Sequence record: NC_019410.1
Length of the DNA: 64,000 nt
Direction: 5' to 3' (one strand)
In this document: positions 63,255 to 64,000 of the stretch, one piece after another
How the letters are laid out: the number at the start of each line of letters is the position of its first letter
Position numbering within the stretch: the stretch's first letter is position 1
The notes under the pieces: model-generated
Databases searched by the model: none
What the model saw: the letters and a program-made list of their open reading frames with translations, nothing else
What the model was told of the DNA's origin: nothing
Program-made: the position numbers and the translations under genes

Positions 63255-63893
63255 TCGGAGATAGAGGGGATGGCGCGGGTGGCCGTCCTTGGACTTCCCG
63301 AGGCACTTGACCTCGACCCCCGTGATTTCCGCCTGCTGGACCGCGCCATAATCCTGATCCTTGAACTCTCCATGCACGCCCCAGGCGGCGATCACGTCGG
63401 CGCCGGCGGTCATGGCATATTCGAACACGTGCTGGAGGACGCGGGCGTTCATCGGCCCGATCGGGTCCTCGGCCGCCTTCATCTCCGCCGGCGAGGGCGA
63501 GCGGAAGGCGAAGAGATTGGCGACGATGATCCCGCCATAGTCGTCCCGACGCGCAAAGCCCATGCAGCGGCGGATCGTCGGATCGTCCAGCCGCGCCGTC
63601 GCGGTCGACGGGTTCAGCATCAGGAAGATCAGCAGCGGCTTGCCGGGGTCCCAGACCCGCATGAGGAGGTAGCGGAAGGTCTCGCACCGCGACAGCAGGG
63701 CGGCCTTGATCACGCCTTCCTCCATCACCGCGTCGCCGTAGACGTCGGTCAGGTCGGGATCGAACACGGCCTCCAGCGAGGTTCCGTCCAGGACCTGGAG
63801 CAGGCCTTTCCAGGTGGCTTCCGCCACCTCGGCGTCGATCTGGGGTGCTGTCGTCATTCCTGACATTTGCCCTGAAACGCCAGGGCCTGTCAA
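63219..63893 (-). CDS. DUF1643-family protein
   Basis: RYLL.R.WD, MLNPSTA...DDPTIRRC..FAR, NLFAFRS and G.PRHPLY motifs; the true start may be about 63857-63866. Confidence 0.85.
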   Translation of the reverse strand: MTGPGVSGQMSGMTTAPQIDAEVAEATWKGLLQVLDGTSLEAVFDPDLTDVYGDAVMEEGVIKAALLSRCETFRYLLMRVWDPGKPLLIFLMLNPSTATARLDDPTIRRCMGFARRDDYGGIIVANLFAFRSPSPAEMKAAEDPIGPMNARVLQHVFEYAMTAGADVIAAWGVHGEFKDQDYGAVQQAEITGVEVKCLGKSKDGHPRHPLYLRGDQPVVPLRSA

Positions 63894-63904
63894 CGCTTGA
63901 AATC

Positions 63905-63935
63905 AAAAGGGCCGCCCCGGCGGGACGGCCCTTTC
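63905..63935 (-). terminator. Rho-independent terminator (for minus-strand genes beyond the window)
   Basis: AAAGGGCCG...CGGCCCTTT inverted repeat. Confidence 0.7.
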
Positions 63936-64000
63936 TCGATCTTGTCGAACTTCGCCGATCCGAAACCGGGGCTTCCCGGCGACCGCCTCGGAGTTCGACC

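Overview
This window is a 64-kb, roughly 65-67% GC segment of a large tailed phage. Gene content and order, alphaproteobacterial-type promoters, CtrA-like half-sites and an alpha-type two-piece tmRNA best fit a phiCbK-like Caulobacter siphophage (Dolichocephalovirinae); this is inferred from recalled family knowledge, not from a database search. Left to right it holds: (1) a GTA-like tail-tip module (3' part of the tape measure gene, Dit, hub, NlpC/P60, central fibre, two paralogous DUF2793-like fibres); (2) a lysis cassette, followed by a ~290-nt promoter-to-terminator unit with no credible ORF; (3) a long minus-strand nucleotide-metabolism and replication block (XRE/S24 repressor, dUTPase, NrdB-glutaredoxin fusion, intein-containing NrdA, ThyX, dNMP kinase, Dda/RecD-like helicase, SSB-like protein, Cas4-like and DEDDh nucleases, family A polymerase, C5 and N6 methyltransferases, HNH, metallophosphoesterase); (4) a ~3.1-kb island at 39.86-42.99 kb that is almost entirely structured RNA; and (5) SNF2 helicase, Ogg-like glycosylase, rIIA/rIIB, tyrosine recombinase, primase, HTH regulators, YqeY, ligase, SLOG and DUF1643 genes. 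The RNA island is the most interesting part. It contains an unassigned ~630-nt ornate RNA, a long-variable-arm tRNA-Cys, a GOLLD-like RNA with an embedded non-chargeable tRNA-Lys mimic, a permuted tmRNA (tag ADNDNDVVAFASAREAIAA), a tRNA-fMet, a YrlA-like permuted tRNA mimic and a long-variable-arm CAU tRNA. A 17-bp motif (TGTCRTGAATCTTGACR) precedes about a dozen transcription units. All product calls are by-eye motif recognition; no searches were run.
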